Counted from the first letter of the stretch, positions 27,557-36,895 are shown. The stretch is DNA of 64,000 nucleotides from Zestosphaera tikiterensis (GCA_003056265.1 NBVN01000004.1:133587-197586), one strand, 5' to 3'. Translations and numbers: made by a program. The notes: a model not told the origin generated them from the sequence alone.

Positions 27557-27633
27557 TGGTGGGGCCGCGGGGATTTGAACCCCGGACCACGGGGACCCGA
27601 ACCCCGCATTCTACCAAGCTAAACTACGGCCCC
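27557..27633 (-). tRNA. tRNA-Pro (anticodon CGG), CCA encoded
   Basis: The reverse complement folds as acceptor GGGGCCG, anticodon stem CGGGG/CCCCG with loop TTCGGGT, and T arm CCGGGG-TTCAAAT-CCCCGG. Confidence 0.9.
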
Positions 27634-27707
27634 TTCTAAAACAAATTACATCGGGAGTTAAAAGGGTTTAGTTTTTAATTTGCGTAGGGATTCATCTTTG
27701 GGTTTAG

Positions 27708-28862
27708 GTGTTGAGTGAGTTAAGTGTTTTGAAGGAGTTTGTTCGTGAGTTAAGCGCTCCTTTCGTAGGTCGTGAGGAGGAAGCTGAAGTTGTTGTTCTA
27801 TCTATTTTATCTAAAGAGCATGGGATTTTAATTGGCGAGCCTGGCACAGCTAAGTCCGCGATTGTTAGGAGGGCTGCGGAGCTTCTTAACGCTAAGTTCT
27901 TTAAGTACTTACTGACTAGGTTTACGGAGCCTTCCGAGATATTCGGTCCTTTAGATATTAAGGCTTTAGAGGAGGGTAGGTATGTAAGGCTTTCCACGGG
28001 TAAGTTACCGGATGCTGAGATAGCTTTCTTAGATGAGGTTTTTAAAGCTAATTCAGCTATTTTAAACGCTTTAAACACTCTACTTCAGGAGAGGGTTTTA
28101 TACGACGGCTTCACTGAGTTAAGCGTTAACCTCTGGTCTTTATTCGGCGCTAGTAATGAAGTACCGGACGACCCTGAGGTTGAGTCCGTCTACGATAGGT
28201 TTTTAGTTAGGCATTTCGTCAGGCCTGTATCGGAGGATTTATGGAGTGAGTTACTTAAGCGTTCTTGGGCTATCGAGAAGGAGATCTTCTTCAACGGCTC
28301 CCTCCACGCTAGGAAGTTACTCGATATGAACGATTTAAGAAAACTTCACGCGATACTTTATGAAGTTGATTTAAGCGGTGTTGAAGGTAGGTTGATGAGG
28401 TTATTCGCCGTTTTCGAGAGTAGGGGGATTCACTTAACCGATAGGCGGAAGGGCAAGTCTTTAAAACTCGTAGCAGCTAAAGCCTTACTTAACGGAAGGA
28501 GGGTTGCTTTAGAGGAGGATTTAATGGCTGTTAAGTACGTAGCCGTTAGGGATTGGGAGGACGTGGAGAAAGTCAACACGGTATTAGCTGAGGAGTTAAA
28601 AACACCTTATAAATACTTAAGAGATTTAAACGAGATTAAATCAAACCTAAAGGAACTTCATAACTACGTCCTCTCACTTAAAAACATAGAGAGTAGCTTC
28701 GTAGACACTAAATTTAAATCCATAGCTAGGGAGTTAGAGATAACTAGAGGTAAGGTCGTAAGCATAATGAGGGAATCTCAAGACCCTCAAGTAATTAAAG
28801 CCGGTGAGGACGTCATAAACCTAATAAACAATATAATGGAGTTAATAACGAAGAGAAGGTGA
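27708..28862 (+). CDS. AAA+ ATPase, RavA/MoxR-like (AAA_5)
   Basis: Walker A is GEPGTAKS. Walker B and sensor FLDEVFKANSAILNALNTLLQER closely resemble the RavA signature. Confidence 0.8.
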   Translation: MLSELSVLKEFVRELSAPFVGREEEAEVVVLSILSKEHGILIGEPGTAKSAIVRRAAELLNAKFFKYLLTRFTEPSEIFGPLDIKALEEGRYVRLSTGKLPDAEIAFLDEVFKANSAILNALNTLLQERVLYDGFTELSVNLWSLFGASNEVPDDPEVESVYDRFLVRHFVRPVSEDLWSELLKRSWAIEKEIFFNGSLHARKLLDMNDLRKLHAILYEVDLSGVEGRLMRLFAVFESRGIHLTDRRKGKSLKLVAAKALLNGRRVALEEDLMAVKYVAVRDWEDVEKVNTVLAEELKTPYKYLRDLNEIKSNLKELHNYVLSLKNIESSFVDTKFKSIARELEITRGKVVSIMRESQDPQVIKAGEDVINLINNIMELITKRR

Positions 28863-28866
28863 TTAA

Positions 28867-29382
28867 TTGAAGTTAGGACTTAACCACATACCAGAGCCGT
28901 ATAAGTCAATCGTTGAGTTAGTGTTTAAAAACCTACTTAACGTTTTTAAAGATGATCTAATATCCTTCGTTATCTACGGCTCCGTAGCTAGAGGTCAGGC
29001 GAAGCCTGAAAGCGATATAGATATGTTAATCGTAGTTAAAAACCTACCTAAGAACAGGTTTGAAAGAACTGCGTTATTTATAGAGTTAATTGAGAGGAAG
29101 GTTGAACCACTACTTCAGGAGTTGATGGACAGAGGGTATTACATAAACTTAAGCCCTATACTTAAAGAACCTGAGGAAGCTTCTAAAATAACGCCGCTCT
29201 ACTTAGATATGGTTGAAGATGCTGTGATTATATACGATAAAAACAACTTCATAACTAACGTCTTACTAAGGCTTAAGAAAAGGTTAAGTGAGTTAGGAGC
29301 TGAGAGGGTTTGGATGGGCAGGAAGTGGTTTTGGATTCTTAAGAAAGACTACAGGTTTGGTGAGGTTATAGAGATTGAATAA
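28867..29382 (+). CDS. Nucleotidyltransferase-domain protein (MNT-type)
   Basis: YGSVARGQAKPESDIDMLIVV pol-beta NTase motif; 171 aa. Confidence 0.8.
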   Translation: MKLGLNHIPEPYKSIVELVFKNLLNVFKDDLISFVIYGSVARGQAKPESDIDMLIVVKNLPKNRFERTALFIELIERKVEPLLQELMDRGYYINLSPILKEPEEASKITPLYLDMVEDAVIIYDKNNFITNVLLRLKKRLSELGAERVWMGRKWFWILKKDYRFGEVIEIE

Positions 29383-29626
29383 CGTAGAGTTAGCGAAGTC
29401 AAACATTAAGCAAGCTGAGGAAGCGCTAGAATCAGGTAATTACCGTTTCTCCCTAGATAAGACCACGAAACGCTATAGTTTAAATAAAATGAAGCGGTAG
29501 GGACAAACGGTGCCTCATGAAGAACTCTACACAAGGTTGGATGCGGAGCAAGCGTTAAGTCAAGCTTTGAAGGTTTATGAGATCGTGATTAAGCTTTTTA
29601 CTGGTGTAGTGAGTAATAACTCATGA
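29381..29626 (+). pseudogene. Decayed HEPN gene remnant downstream of the MNT
   Basis: Hand translation gives two fragments in different frames. The first is NVELAKSNIKQAEEALESGNYRFSLDK...*. The second is ...HEELYTRLDAEQALSQALKVYEIVIKLF...*. The central Rx4-6H region is missing. Confidence 0.45.
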
Positions 29627-29652
29627 GTTGGGTTGCTTAAGGTGCGGTTTCC

Positions 29653-30939
29653 TTGAGTGTTAAGGGGGTTTTAAAAGGTGTTAATTACGGCGATCCGGTT
29701 GTTTTGTTTAGGGGTGAGAAGGTTGTTAAGCTTGCTAAGCGTTTCGGGCTTGAGGGGGATTTCCTAACTTTAGGTTTGGGTGTGGATCTTTTCTATACTT
29801 TATACCTTCCACACCCGGTTGTGGTTGGTTTGGCTGGGGTTGATGAGGGGTTAAGCACGCATTACAGTATAGTTAAGGCTTTAGTTGATTTGGAGGAGTT
29901 GGTTGAGGTTAAGAAGCATACGATACTTGATTCTTCTTTAAGTACTTTAGCTTCAGTTTCTTTAATTCAGCACTTGATTGAGGAGCTTGAAGGTCTTAAC
30001 GAGTCAGTTGATTTTAAAGATTTGGAGGGTAGGTCCGGTAAGGGTAAGTTAACTTCAGCTTTGAAGGAAGCTTTAAAGAGGGTTGGTGAGGAAGCTGAAA
30101 ACATGAGGAAGTTGAAGGAGTTGATGGCTGTAGGTACGGCCCCAGGTAAGGGCAGTCACTTCGACTTAGATGAGTCTGGCGAGGATGTGATTAAGTTAGC
30201 TAGGAATGCTGACGTTAGTAAGTTGCTTGAGGTTCTTCAGATAGTTCCGGAGCTTTTTAGAAGGAGTAGGAGGAGGTTTGAAAGGTTTAGCCGTGGTGAG
30301 TTAGCTGGTTATGACTTAGGAAGTGATTTAGAGAGGGTCGTTCCGGAGGAGCTGGTACTCCCTAGGAAGTACTTCCTCATGAAGTTTTCTGAGTCTAAAC
30401 TACTCCTATATGAGAAGAGGTTGCCGAAGGCTTTAGGATCTATATACCTGCTGGTCGATAAGTCGGGGAGTATGGAGGGTGATAAGATAAGTTGGGCTAA
30501 AGCAACAGCTATAGCGTTGTTAATTAAAGCTAGGAGGGAGAGGAGGGAATTCAACATGAGGTTTTTCGATGGGTTACCGCATGATAGAGTTAAAGTATCT
30601 AAAAACGTTAAACCTACTGAATTGCTTAACCTCATTAAATACTTAGCTAGGGTGAGGAGCGGTGGGGGTACGGACATAACTAGAGCTATAGCGACCGCAT
30701 GCGATGACATAACGTTAGGTGTGACGAAAAACACTTCAGACATCATAGTAGTTACGGACGGTGAAGACACACTATCTGTAAACCTACTTAAGAGGAAGTT
30801 AAGGCAGGCTAACGCAAAACTAACCTCAGTTATGATTTTAGGAGATAATAAAGACTTGAAGACGTTAAGCGAGCATTACCTCACAGTTAAAGTACTTGAT
30901 GAAAACGCAATACTTAAGATAGTTGAAACACCCGATTAA
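29653..30939 (+). CDS. von Willebrand factor A (VWA) domain protein, ViaA/CoxE-like partner of the AAA+ ATPase
   Basis: MIDAS motif LLVDKSGSMEG, followed by GGGTDITRA and VVTDGED. TTG start. Confidence 0.8.
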   Translation: MSVKGVLKGVNYGDPVVLFRGEKVVKLAKRFGLEGDFLTLGLGVDLFYTLYLPHPVVVGLAGVDEGLSTHYSIVKALVDLEELVEVKKHTILDSSLSTLASVSLIQHLIEELEGLNESVDFKDLEGRSGKGKLTSALKEALKRVGEEAENMRKLKELMAVGTAPGKGSHFDLDESGEDVIKLARNADVSKLLEVLQIVPELFRRSRRRFERFSRGELAGYDLGSDLERVVPEELVLPRKYFLMKFSESKLLLYEKRLPKALGSIYLLVDKSGSMEGDKISWAKATAIALLIKARRERREFNMRFFDGLPHDRVKVSKNVKPTELLNLIKYLARVRSGGGTDITRAIATACDDITLGVTKNTSDIIVVTDGEDTLSVNLLKRKLRQANAKLTSVMILGDNKDLKTLSEHYLTVKVLDENAILKIVETPD

Positions 30940-30941
30940 AA

Positions 30942-31697
30942 CTACTCAACAACAGCTCCGTAGATTACGTCCACACCCAACTCCTTAGCTCTTTCAACAG
31001 CGTCTTTAGCTATGTTAACCGCCACTACAACCCTCCTCTTAACCCTACCTAAGATTTTCTCAGCCTTCACAACCTTCTCATAAAACCACTCAACATCATC
31101 TAACTCCACAAGACTTTTAACTTCTAAAACCACTATACCGTCTTCTTGAATTACTACGTTGAATTCATATACAGCACCTTTAACACCTAACAAACCCTCC
31201 CTATCCCTATACGTGAATCTACTTACTTTCTCAGGATCTATACCTAACTTACTTGCTTGATCTCTATATATGTTTAAGACGGTTTCCTCAAGATCTCTCC
31301 CAAGTCTCCTACCGAAAGAACCTAAGGCGATCTTCAACTCAGCAACACCAGCTTCAAGCTTCACAACCCTCTCCTCAAGCTTAACTACCCTTTCCTCTAA
31401 CTTAGCAAATCTTTCCTCAAGCTTCGCAAACCTCTCTTCAAGTTCTGCGAACTGCTTCTCAAGCTCGGCAAATCTATTCTCGAGTTCCGCAAACCTCTCC
31501 TCTAATTTTTGCTGTCTCTCAGCTAATTCTGAGAACCTCTCCTCTAGTTTCTGCTGTCTCTCCTCCAACCTAGCAAACCTCTCTAAAAGTTCTTTAAACC
31601 CTATAGCACCAGCTAAAGCTAACCTAAACTCCCTATCCTCCTCAACAGCTTTTAAAATCCTCTCCTTCTCCTCCTTAGAAAGTGCCTGCACACCCAC
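30942..31697 (-). CDS. Coiled-coil protein with a C-terminal restriction-endonuclease-like (PD-(D/E)xK-type) domain
   Basis: Heptad run LEERFAELENRFAELEKQFAELEERFAKLEERFAKLEERVVKLEERVVKLE. The C-terminal alpha/beta domain carries EFNVVIQEDGIVVLEVKS (D...E-x-K). Confidence 0.55.
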   Translation of the reverse strand: MGVQALSKEEKERILKAVEEDREFRLALAGAIGFKELLERFARLEERQQKLEERFSELAERQQKLEERFAELENRFAELEKQFAELEERFAKLEERFAKLEERVVKLEERVVKLEAGVAELKIALGSFGRRLGRDLEETVLNIYRDQASKLGIDPEKVSRFTYRDREGLLGVKGAVYEFNVVIQEDGIVVLEVKSLVELDDVEWFYEKVVKAEKILGRVKRRVVVAVNIAKDAVERAKELGVDVIYGAVVE

Positions 31698-31751
31698 TAC
31701 TCAACACTACCTAATAACTACCTACTCTCAAACAATAAAAAGCTACTAAAG

Positions 31752-31913
31752 CTAACTTTCAAACTCCTCCTCAAGACTTACTCCCGCTAACTCACCAAGC
31801 CTAGCTTTTTTAGCTTTCAAGCGTTTACGTCTCCTACGAATCCATTGAAGTACGTCTTCAGGTGTGGGTGTTTCACCTACTTTAGCTTTATTATTTTTAT
31901 TGATTTTTAACAC
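31752..31913 (-). CDS. Possible small basic protein (53 aa)
   Basis: Hand-translated GTG-start ORF ...ETPTPEDVLQWIRRRRKRLKAKKARLGELAGVSLEEEFES. There is no supporting homology, and it falls below the ORF-track cutoff. Confidence 0.2.
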   Translation of the reverse strand: MLKINKNNKAKVGETPTPEDVLQWIRRRRKRLKAKKARLGELAGVSLEEEFES

Positions 31914-31947
31914 CCTTCAATTATTTGATGTATTGCTTATAAGTTCC

Positions 31948-32796
31948 TTAGGGGTGTTGAGTTTTAGGTTGTTTCGGTGGTTTTACGTAGTATTTTATCT
32001 CGCCGTCTAGGTAGTCTTTAATTATTTTCTTAGCTGCTTCATGTAGTATTGGCTCGCGGTCTTTCTTATGTATCCAACCTCTTTTGATGGCTAGCTCCTT
32101 AAGTATTTCGGGTGGGTTTTGAGTTTCTATTCCGTATGTTGTTTGGAATGCTTTAGGGTTGTGTTGAAGTACTTTCTTAATTAACTCTACAGCTGTTTGA
32201 ACGGGGTTCGGTATCTTATCTATTGGGTTCATCCTAATGATTGACTCAACCCCTTCCTCAACAGGTATTATGCCTGGAGTGTCTAGAACGTAGAAACCGC
32301 CCCTAACTTTAAATAGCTGTGCTCTCCTCGTATATCCTGGAGTGCCTGGGTATGGGGAGGTAGTTGCTGAATGCCTACCCTTAAGAACGTTAATCAAGGT
32401 TGACTTACCAACCTTAGGAACGCCGAAAACACCTACAACACCTACGCCGCCACCACCTAAAGCCTCCCTAACCTTCTCCTTAACCAACCCTCTAAACCTT
32501 AAAGTACCTAACCTCTCCCGAGCGGAAACAAGAACAGCATCTAAACCCTCATAAACCTTAAAATACCTAACCCAACCCAAACCAACACCCTTAGGTATTA
32601 AATCAGCCTTATTCAAAACAACAACTAAAGAAACACCTAACTCACCACACATCCTCTCAAACCTAACACTCCTAGTTGAGATAGGGTCCCTAACATCAAC
32701 AACCTCAACAGCTACGTCAACACCACCCAACAACTCACGAACAAGCCTCCAACTAGCCAACAACAACCTCAAAACCCACAAACGAAGAAACATCAA
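31948..32796 (-). CDS. Circularly permuted GTPase (YlqF/YawG family)
   Basis: The motif order G4 (NKADL), then G1 (GVPKVGKST), then G3 (DTPG) is diagnostic of cpGTPases. Confidence 0.65.
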   Translation of the reverse strand: MMFLRLWVLRLLLASWRLVRELLGGVDVAVEVVDVRDPISTRSVRFERMCGELGVSLVVVLNKADLIPKGVGLGWVRYFKVYEGLDAVLVSARERLGTLRFRGLVKEKVREALGGGGVGVVGVFGVPKVGKSTLINVLKGRHSATTSPYPGTPGYTRRAQLFKVRGGFYVLDTPGIIPVEEGVESIIRMNPIDKIPNPVQTAVELIKKVLQHNPKAFQTTYGIETQNPPEILKELAIKRGWIHKKDREPILHEAAKKIIKDYLDGEIKYYVKPPKQPKTQHP

Positions 32797-32883
32797 AACT
32801 TAAATACGTAACATAAAGAACAGCTACTAAAACAATAAAGGAAATTAAGGAGGATGCTCAGCTAGTTAGGGAGGATAGGGGGG

Positions 32884-33033
32884 ATGGCAGAGGATGATAT
32901 AGAGATGTTGTTTAGAGAGGGTGTAACATTTATAAAATGTGAAAACCCAAACTGTAAGGACTTCCTAGGAGGTAGGCACTCAATACGTATTTCCCTTAAA
33001 GACTTAATACGTAATTACATAACGATGAAGTAG
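32884..33033 (+). CDS. Possible small protein (49 aa) with CxxxxxC
   Basis: The ATG is preceded by ggaggat. Sequence: MAEDDIEMLFREGVTFIKCENPNCKDF.... It is unsupported otherwise. Confidence 0.2.
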   Translation: MAEDDIEMLFREGVTFIKCENPNCKDFLGGRHSIRISLKDLIRNYITMK

Positions 33034-33234
33034 CTTTTACCCCCACCCTCAATTTACAGCTAAGCTGGGTTATGTTTACTAACACAAACTTGTTTAATAT
33101 TGTTTATGTGTAGAGAATGTTATATAACACGTGTTGCAGTAGCTTAAGTATTAAGGGATTGCTTAATGATACCGTAAGGCGTGGGTTTTAGTATTATTTA
33201 ACTTGATGTAGTTAGTTAGGGTTTATAAGCTTTT

Positions 33235-33277
33235 CGTGTGTTAAAAAACACACAAAAACACACAAACCTTTTAAAGG
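33235..33277 (+). promoter_or_regulatory. Putative promoter/operator of the surface-protein gene
   Basis: A palindrome gtgtgtt-aaaa-aacacac and a direct repeat aaaaacacacaaa x2 lie directly upstream of TATA-like ccttttaaagg (33267-33277). An SD-like gaggtga sits 10 nt before the ATG. Confidence 0.4.
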
Positions 33278-33314
33278 ATTTCACATAAGAATATACATGA
33301 GGTGACTTCAAGTA

Positions 33315-36300
33315 ATGAATAGTAAGTACGCAGATATAAGATCGTATGTATCGATAGCAATGGCAATACTATTCATACTACCAATACTAGCTACAATACC
33401 TGTACAATCACAGATAACAGCAGTTAAAATAACATCAGTATCAACACCTGCATACCCAGGGAGACCTGTAAACATAACATTGGATGTAGGTCTAACTACA
33501 ACAGTAACAGTAAGTCTATGTAATGATAATGCATGTACAAATGTATGGGCCCAACAATCATTTGTACCACCACAGCCAGGAACATATACAGTATCACTTG
33601 TATTACCAAAGCTTCTACCAGGAGCAACAGATGCCGATACTAATGGTATGGTTGATCTATATGTTAAGGTATCAACAGTCTTTGGCGCAGAACCGCAGAA
33701 AATAGATGTAGCTCCAGTAATAGAGGTTACCCCAATACAAACAGCAAATGTAAACCCCGATGGAACGTCAAAGAACATTGAAGTTAACTTCTATGGATTT
33801 AAACCTAGTGACAGCATAACAAGTGTGACTTTCACAGGACCGACAACAGAAAGCTTTAGTGTAACGGTAAATGTAGGTTCAGATGGAAGTGCCTCTACCA
33901 CTATACCACTTAAAGACATAACAGGCTATGGTCTTCCCAGAGGGACATACACCGTTAGCTGTACTCCAGGAACTACTGATATGGCCTCTGCAAAACCAGG
34001 AAGCTTAACGATAGTTCCACAAGCAATTATAATTCCAGCAGAGGGTAATGGAAGATGTGATGGTGTTGTATGTGAATCCTACCAAATCATGATTACAGGC
34101 TACGGGTTTGATCCAAAGGTTTCCGTGACAAGAATAGATCTGCTCAATCTGAACTTCACAAAGGTTGTATACTCCAATACCAGTGTCAATGTTGCAACCA
34201 ATGATTATGGGTATTTCATAGCTGCAAAACTGTTTAAGACTAATATGAGTGCTGGTCTATATATACCGATAGTCTATACAGCACCTACATCTAAAACAGT
34301 GTCAAACACTAGCGATAATATAGGTGTGGCTACAAAGAGTAGTGTAGTTATATCACAGAGCGCCATATATAACACTCTAGGCACTAAAGCATCTGTAACA
34401 GCTACATCTTTTGTAAATGGTACATGGCAATATGTAGAGAAATACTCAACAATGTCCTATACATTATCAGAGGTACTAAGAATAGACTTTACAGAATCCG
34501 GTAAGAACTATAGACTTGCAGCAAATCTTGAACCAGCTGGTATAAGGTTTACACTATATAACATAACCCCTGCTGTACCTGTAACCCTTAACACCACATT
34601 GGTACTAACTACATGGAATGATACAATCAAAGCTTATATAGCTAACTATTCATTCAGTATAACACCAACACCTGCATATGGACCAGGAGTAGCAGGTGGT
34701 GGGTATAAGTATTGGGCAACATTCTACAACTATTCAAATATGATACTGCTTAGGCTGAAGGTAAATGACTTTGTTGTTACATATGCTAATCTATCTATAG
34801 TGTATAGCAATGTTGATACAGGTGTAACCAAGAGTTTCTACTATGAATATCCAGCAAATCTATCTATAGTAGCTGGTGCCGCTAGTGTAACTGTTCCAAA
34901 GTTTACAGATGCGGATATTAAGTGGAAGATAACATGGTCTATGAATCTACCTTCTGGTGGGACTACATATACAGCAACTCTAACTGTTACTGGACAGCCG
35001 CTTAAGGGACCTGTAGATGAGTTTAGAAATGTTGGATATATTGTTAGACCAATATTGGTTGTTATTGCATCCACCGGAGTGTTGTTGCCAGAACAGAAGG
35101 TTACTATTGCTGCCTATGGATATGGTCCTGGAGCATCTTACTATCCAGGCTATAACACTTTGTATGTGTATTGGGAGAAGGTAAGGCTATTAACAACTGT
35201 ACCTCTTGGCAATGATGGTAATGCAACGTTTGTTATAACAATACCTGGTGATGCTAGCTTCGGTATACACTATATCTATGGTGTTGACTCTTGGAAGCCC
35301 CTACCATATGAGTATACATTATCTATAGTTGTTGGAGCAAAAGCCTACTGGGCAATACCACCAGCGTTACCTGAGAAACCCGAGGTCTCAGCTGGATATA
35401 ATAACACACGTTTAGAGGTATGTCCATGTCCAGGTGTCTATAGCGGTGTTGGGTATTGTGATAAATGTGTTACTTATATAGCTGAATGTGACTATCTTGG
35501 TGACTATATAGATGTGACAGTATCCGGTTTATCGCCGGGAGAGACCTTGACTGTAAGGTTTGGCGACATTGTTGTAAAGACCGTTAAAGCTAATAGCTCT
35601 GTAGAGACAATAAGATTTGTTGTTCCAACCGTTCCAGCAGGTAGCTATCCAATAAGTGTTATCGGAAGTGTTAGTGGTACCATAGATGTAACAGACTTTA
35701 TGTTCATCAACAAGACTACCAACACCAAGCAGATAAAGCATGGTATCCTGCTCGAGGTAGTGCCGAAGATATTGTTGCTGGATCTAGAGAAAGACGTGTT
35801 GCCAATACTTGTTGGGCCAGGGTTTGTAAGGGTTATAGGTACAGGTTTCAAGCCTGGCATAGCTGTAAGGGCAGTATTGTTCAATGATACTGACGCTGCA
35901 TATATGCTCAATATGCAGGTACAGAGCTGGTCTGCTGACGCTAGAGGTGTGCTGAAGAGTCCATTTACGGAAAAGGCAGGTATATACGTACCTGCTCTAG
36001 AGCCTGGTGCATATGAGGTATCTCTGGCATACGTTGAGGGTACCAAGACTAAGGTATCGAAAGCAGGTCTTGTATATGTTATTAACAATGTTAGTATAGT
36101 GACAACAAAGTATGATCTCAATAACGCTGAATCTAGAATTTCAAACAAGGTAGATTCAGCTATTGCGAACATTTCTAGTAAGATAGATTCAGCCACGACA
36201 ACTATTTCCAGTGCAGTAACATCGCTTCAAGATCTCATAAGCAGTAAGCTTGACTCTATAGCAAGCGATCTAAAGACGACATTGAATCTTGTTAGTGATA

Positions 36301-36845
36301 AGATTACTGGCATTAGTGATAAAGTTGATACTGTACTAAAACAGCTTGACAGTACCTCTAAGACTCTTAGTGGAGTTGCGAATGATGTATCATCGATAAA
36401 GAGTGATGTGAGTAGCATAAGAAGTGATGTCAGTAAGGTCTCAGGAGCTTTATCTGATCTAAAAAGCTCTATAGATGCTATAAAGAGTGCTACGGATAAC
36501 ATACCAGGGATTAAGAATTCGATAGCAACACTCTCAGACACGGTCAATAAGTTAACACCAACTATAGAGCAACTTAGGGCGGATATCACAGGACTTAAGA
36601 CAGACGTAGCATCAGTGAAGAACGACGTAGCATCAGTGAAGACAGACGTAAGCTCAGTTAAGAACGTTGTTAGCGGGTTAGAAGGCTCTATTAAGTCAGC
36701 GATCGATGCCTCTAAAGCTGAGGTAGGCGGTAAGGTAGACTCCCTCTCAATAGCTGTATACATAGCAGTGATATTCGCCTTACTGTCCTTCATAATGTCC
36801 CTACTGGTATACTTCAGCATGAGGAAAGCCGTAGCGACTAAGTAA
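33315..36845 (+). CDS. Large surface (S-layer-like) glycoprotein with a C-terminal coiled-coil stalk and membrane anchor
   Basis: 1176 aa with an N-terminal signal-like segment AMAILFILPILATIPVQSQ. The beta-rich body contains many N-x-S/T sequons. About 200 aa are Ser/Asp/Val-rich heptads (DVASVKNDVASVKTDVSSVKN). The C-terminal TM is IAVYIAVIFALLSFIMSLLVYF. Confidence 0.7.
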   Translation: MNSKYADIRSYVSIAMAILFILPILATIPVQSQITAVKITSVSTPAYPGRPVNITLDVGLTTTVTVSLCNDNACTNVWAQQSFVPPQPGTYTVSLVLPKLLPGATDADTNGMVDLYVKVSTVFGAEPQKIDVAPVIEVTPIQTANVNPDGTSKNIEVNFYGFKPSDSITSVTFTGPTTESFSVTVNVGSDGSASTTIPLKDITGYGLPRGTYTVSCTPGTTDMASAKPGSLTIVPQAIIIPAEGNGRCDGVVCESYQIMITGYGFDPKVSVTRIDLLNLNFTKVVYSNTSVNVATNDYGYFIAAKLFKTNMSAGLYIPIVYTAPTSKTVSNTSDNIGVATKSSVVISQSAIYNTLGTKASVTATSFVNGTWQYVEKYSTMSYTLSEVLRIDFTESGKNYRLAANLEPAGIRFTLYNITPAVPVTLNTTLVLTTWNDTIKAYIANYSFSITPTPAYGPGVAGGGYKYWATFYNYSNMILLRLKVNDFVVTYANLSIVYSNVDTGVTKSFYYEYPANLSIVAGAASVTVPKFTDADIKWKITWSMNLPSGGTTYTATLTVTGQPLKGPVDEFRNVGYIVRPILVVIASTGVLLPEQKVTIAAYGYGPGASYYPGYNTLYVYWEKVRLLTTVPLGNDGNATFVITIPGDASFGIHYIYGVDSWKPLPYEYTLSIVVGAKAYWAIPPALPEKPEVSAGYNNTRLEVCPCPGVYSGVGYCDKCVTYIAECDYLGDYIDVTVSGLSPGETLTVRFGDIVVKTVKANSSVETIRFVVPTVPAGSYPISVIGSVSGTIDVTDFMFINKTTNTKQIKHGILLEVVPKILLLDLEKDVLPILVGPGFVRVIGTGFKPGIAVRAVLFNDTDAAYMLNMQVQSWSADARGVLKSPFTEKAGIYVPALEPGAYEVSLAYVEGTKTKVSKAGLVYVINNVSIVTTKYDLNNAESRISNKVDSAIANISSKIDSATTTISSAVTSLQDLISSKLDSIASDLKTTLNLVSDKITGISDKVDTVLKQLDSTSKTLSGVANDVSSIKSDVSSIRSDVSKVSGALSDLKSSIDAIKSATDNIPGIKNSIATLSDTVNKLTPTIEQLRADITGLKTDVASVKNDVASVKTDVSSVKNVVSGLEGSIKSAIDASKAEVGGKVDSLSIAVYIAVIFALLSFIMSLLVYFSMRKAVATK

Positions 36846-36860
36846 AAACTTAAAACTAAA

Positions 36861-36870
36861 CTTTCTTTTT
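36861..36870 (+). terminator. Oligo-T tract (tttctttttt) downstream of the surface-protein gene
   Basis: A T-run 16 nt after the stop codon. Archaeal terminators are oligo-T tracts. Confidence 0.35.
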
Positions 36871-36895
36871 TAAACGTTCAGATCTTCAACTCCTT

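Noticed and set aside
27448-27639. 63-aa ORF on the plus strand
   Set aside because: It overlaps the minus-strand tRNA-Pro. Its C-terminal half is just the antisense of the tRNA.
31270-31749. 159-aa plus-strand ORF overlapping the coiled-coil/nuclease-like gene; also 25124-25315, 25233-25421 and 25312-25500 in the other coiled-coil gene
   Set aside because: These are alternative frames of heptad-repeat DNA. They give serine/leucine low-complexity products with no start context, whereas the sense frames give clean heptad coiled coils.
33308-36820. Long antisense ORFs opposite the surface-protein gene (33308-33778, 34841-35074, 35529-35741, 35645-36196, 36227-36820)
   Set aside because: They lie fully inside a strongly supported 1176-aa gene. 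Their Ser/Thr/Leu-rich, low-complexity translations and lack of stops follow from the biased codon composition of the sense strand.
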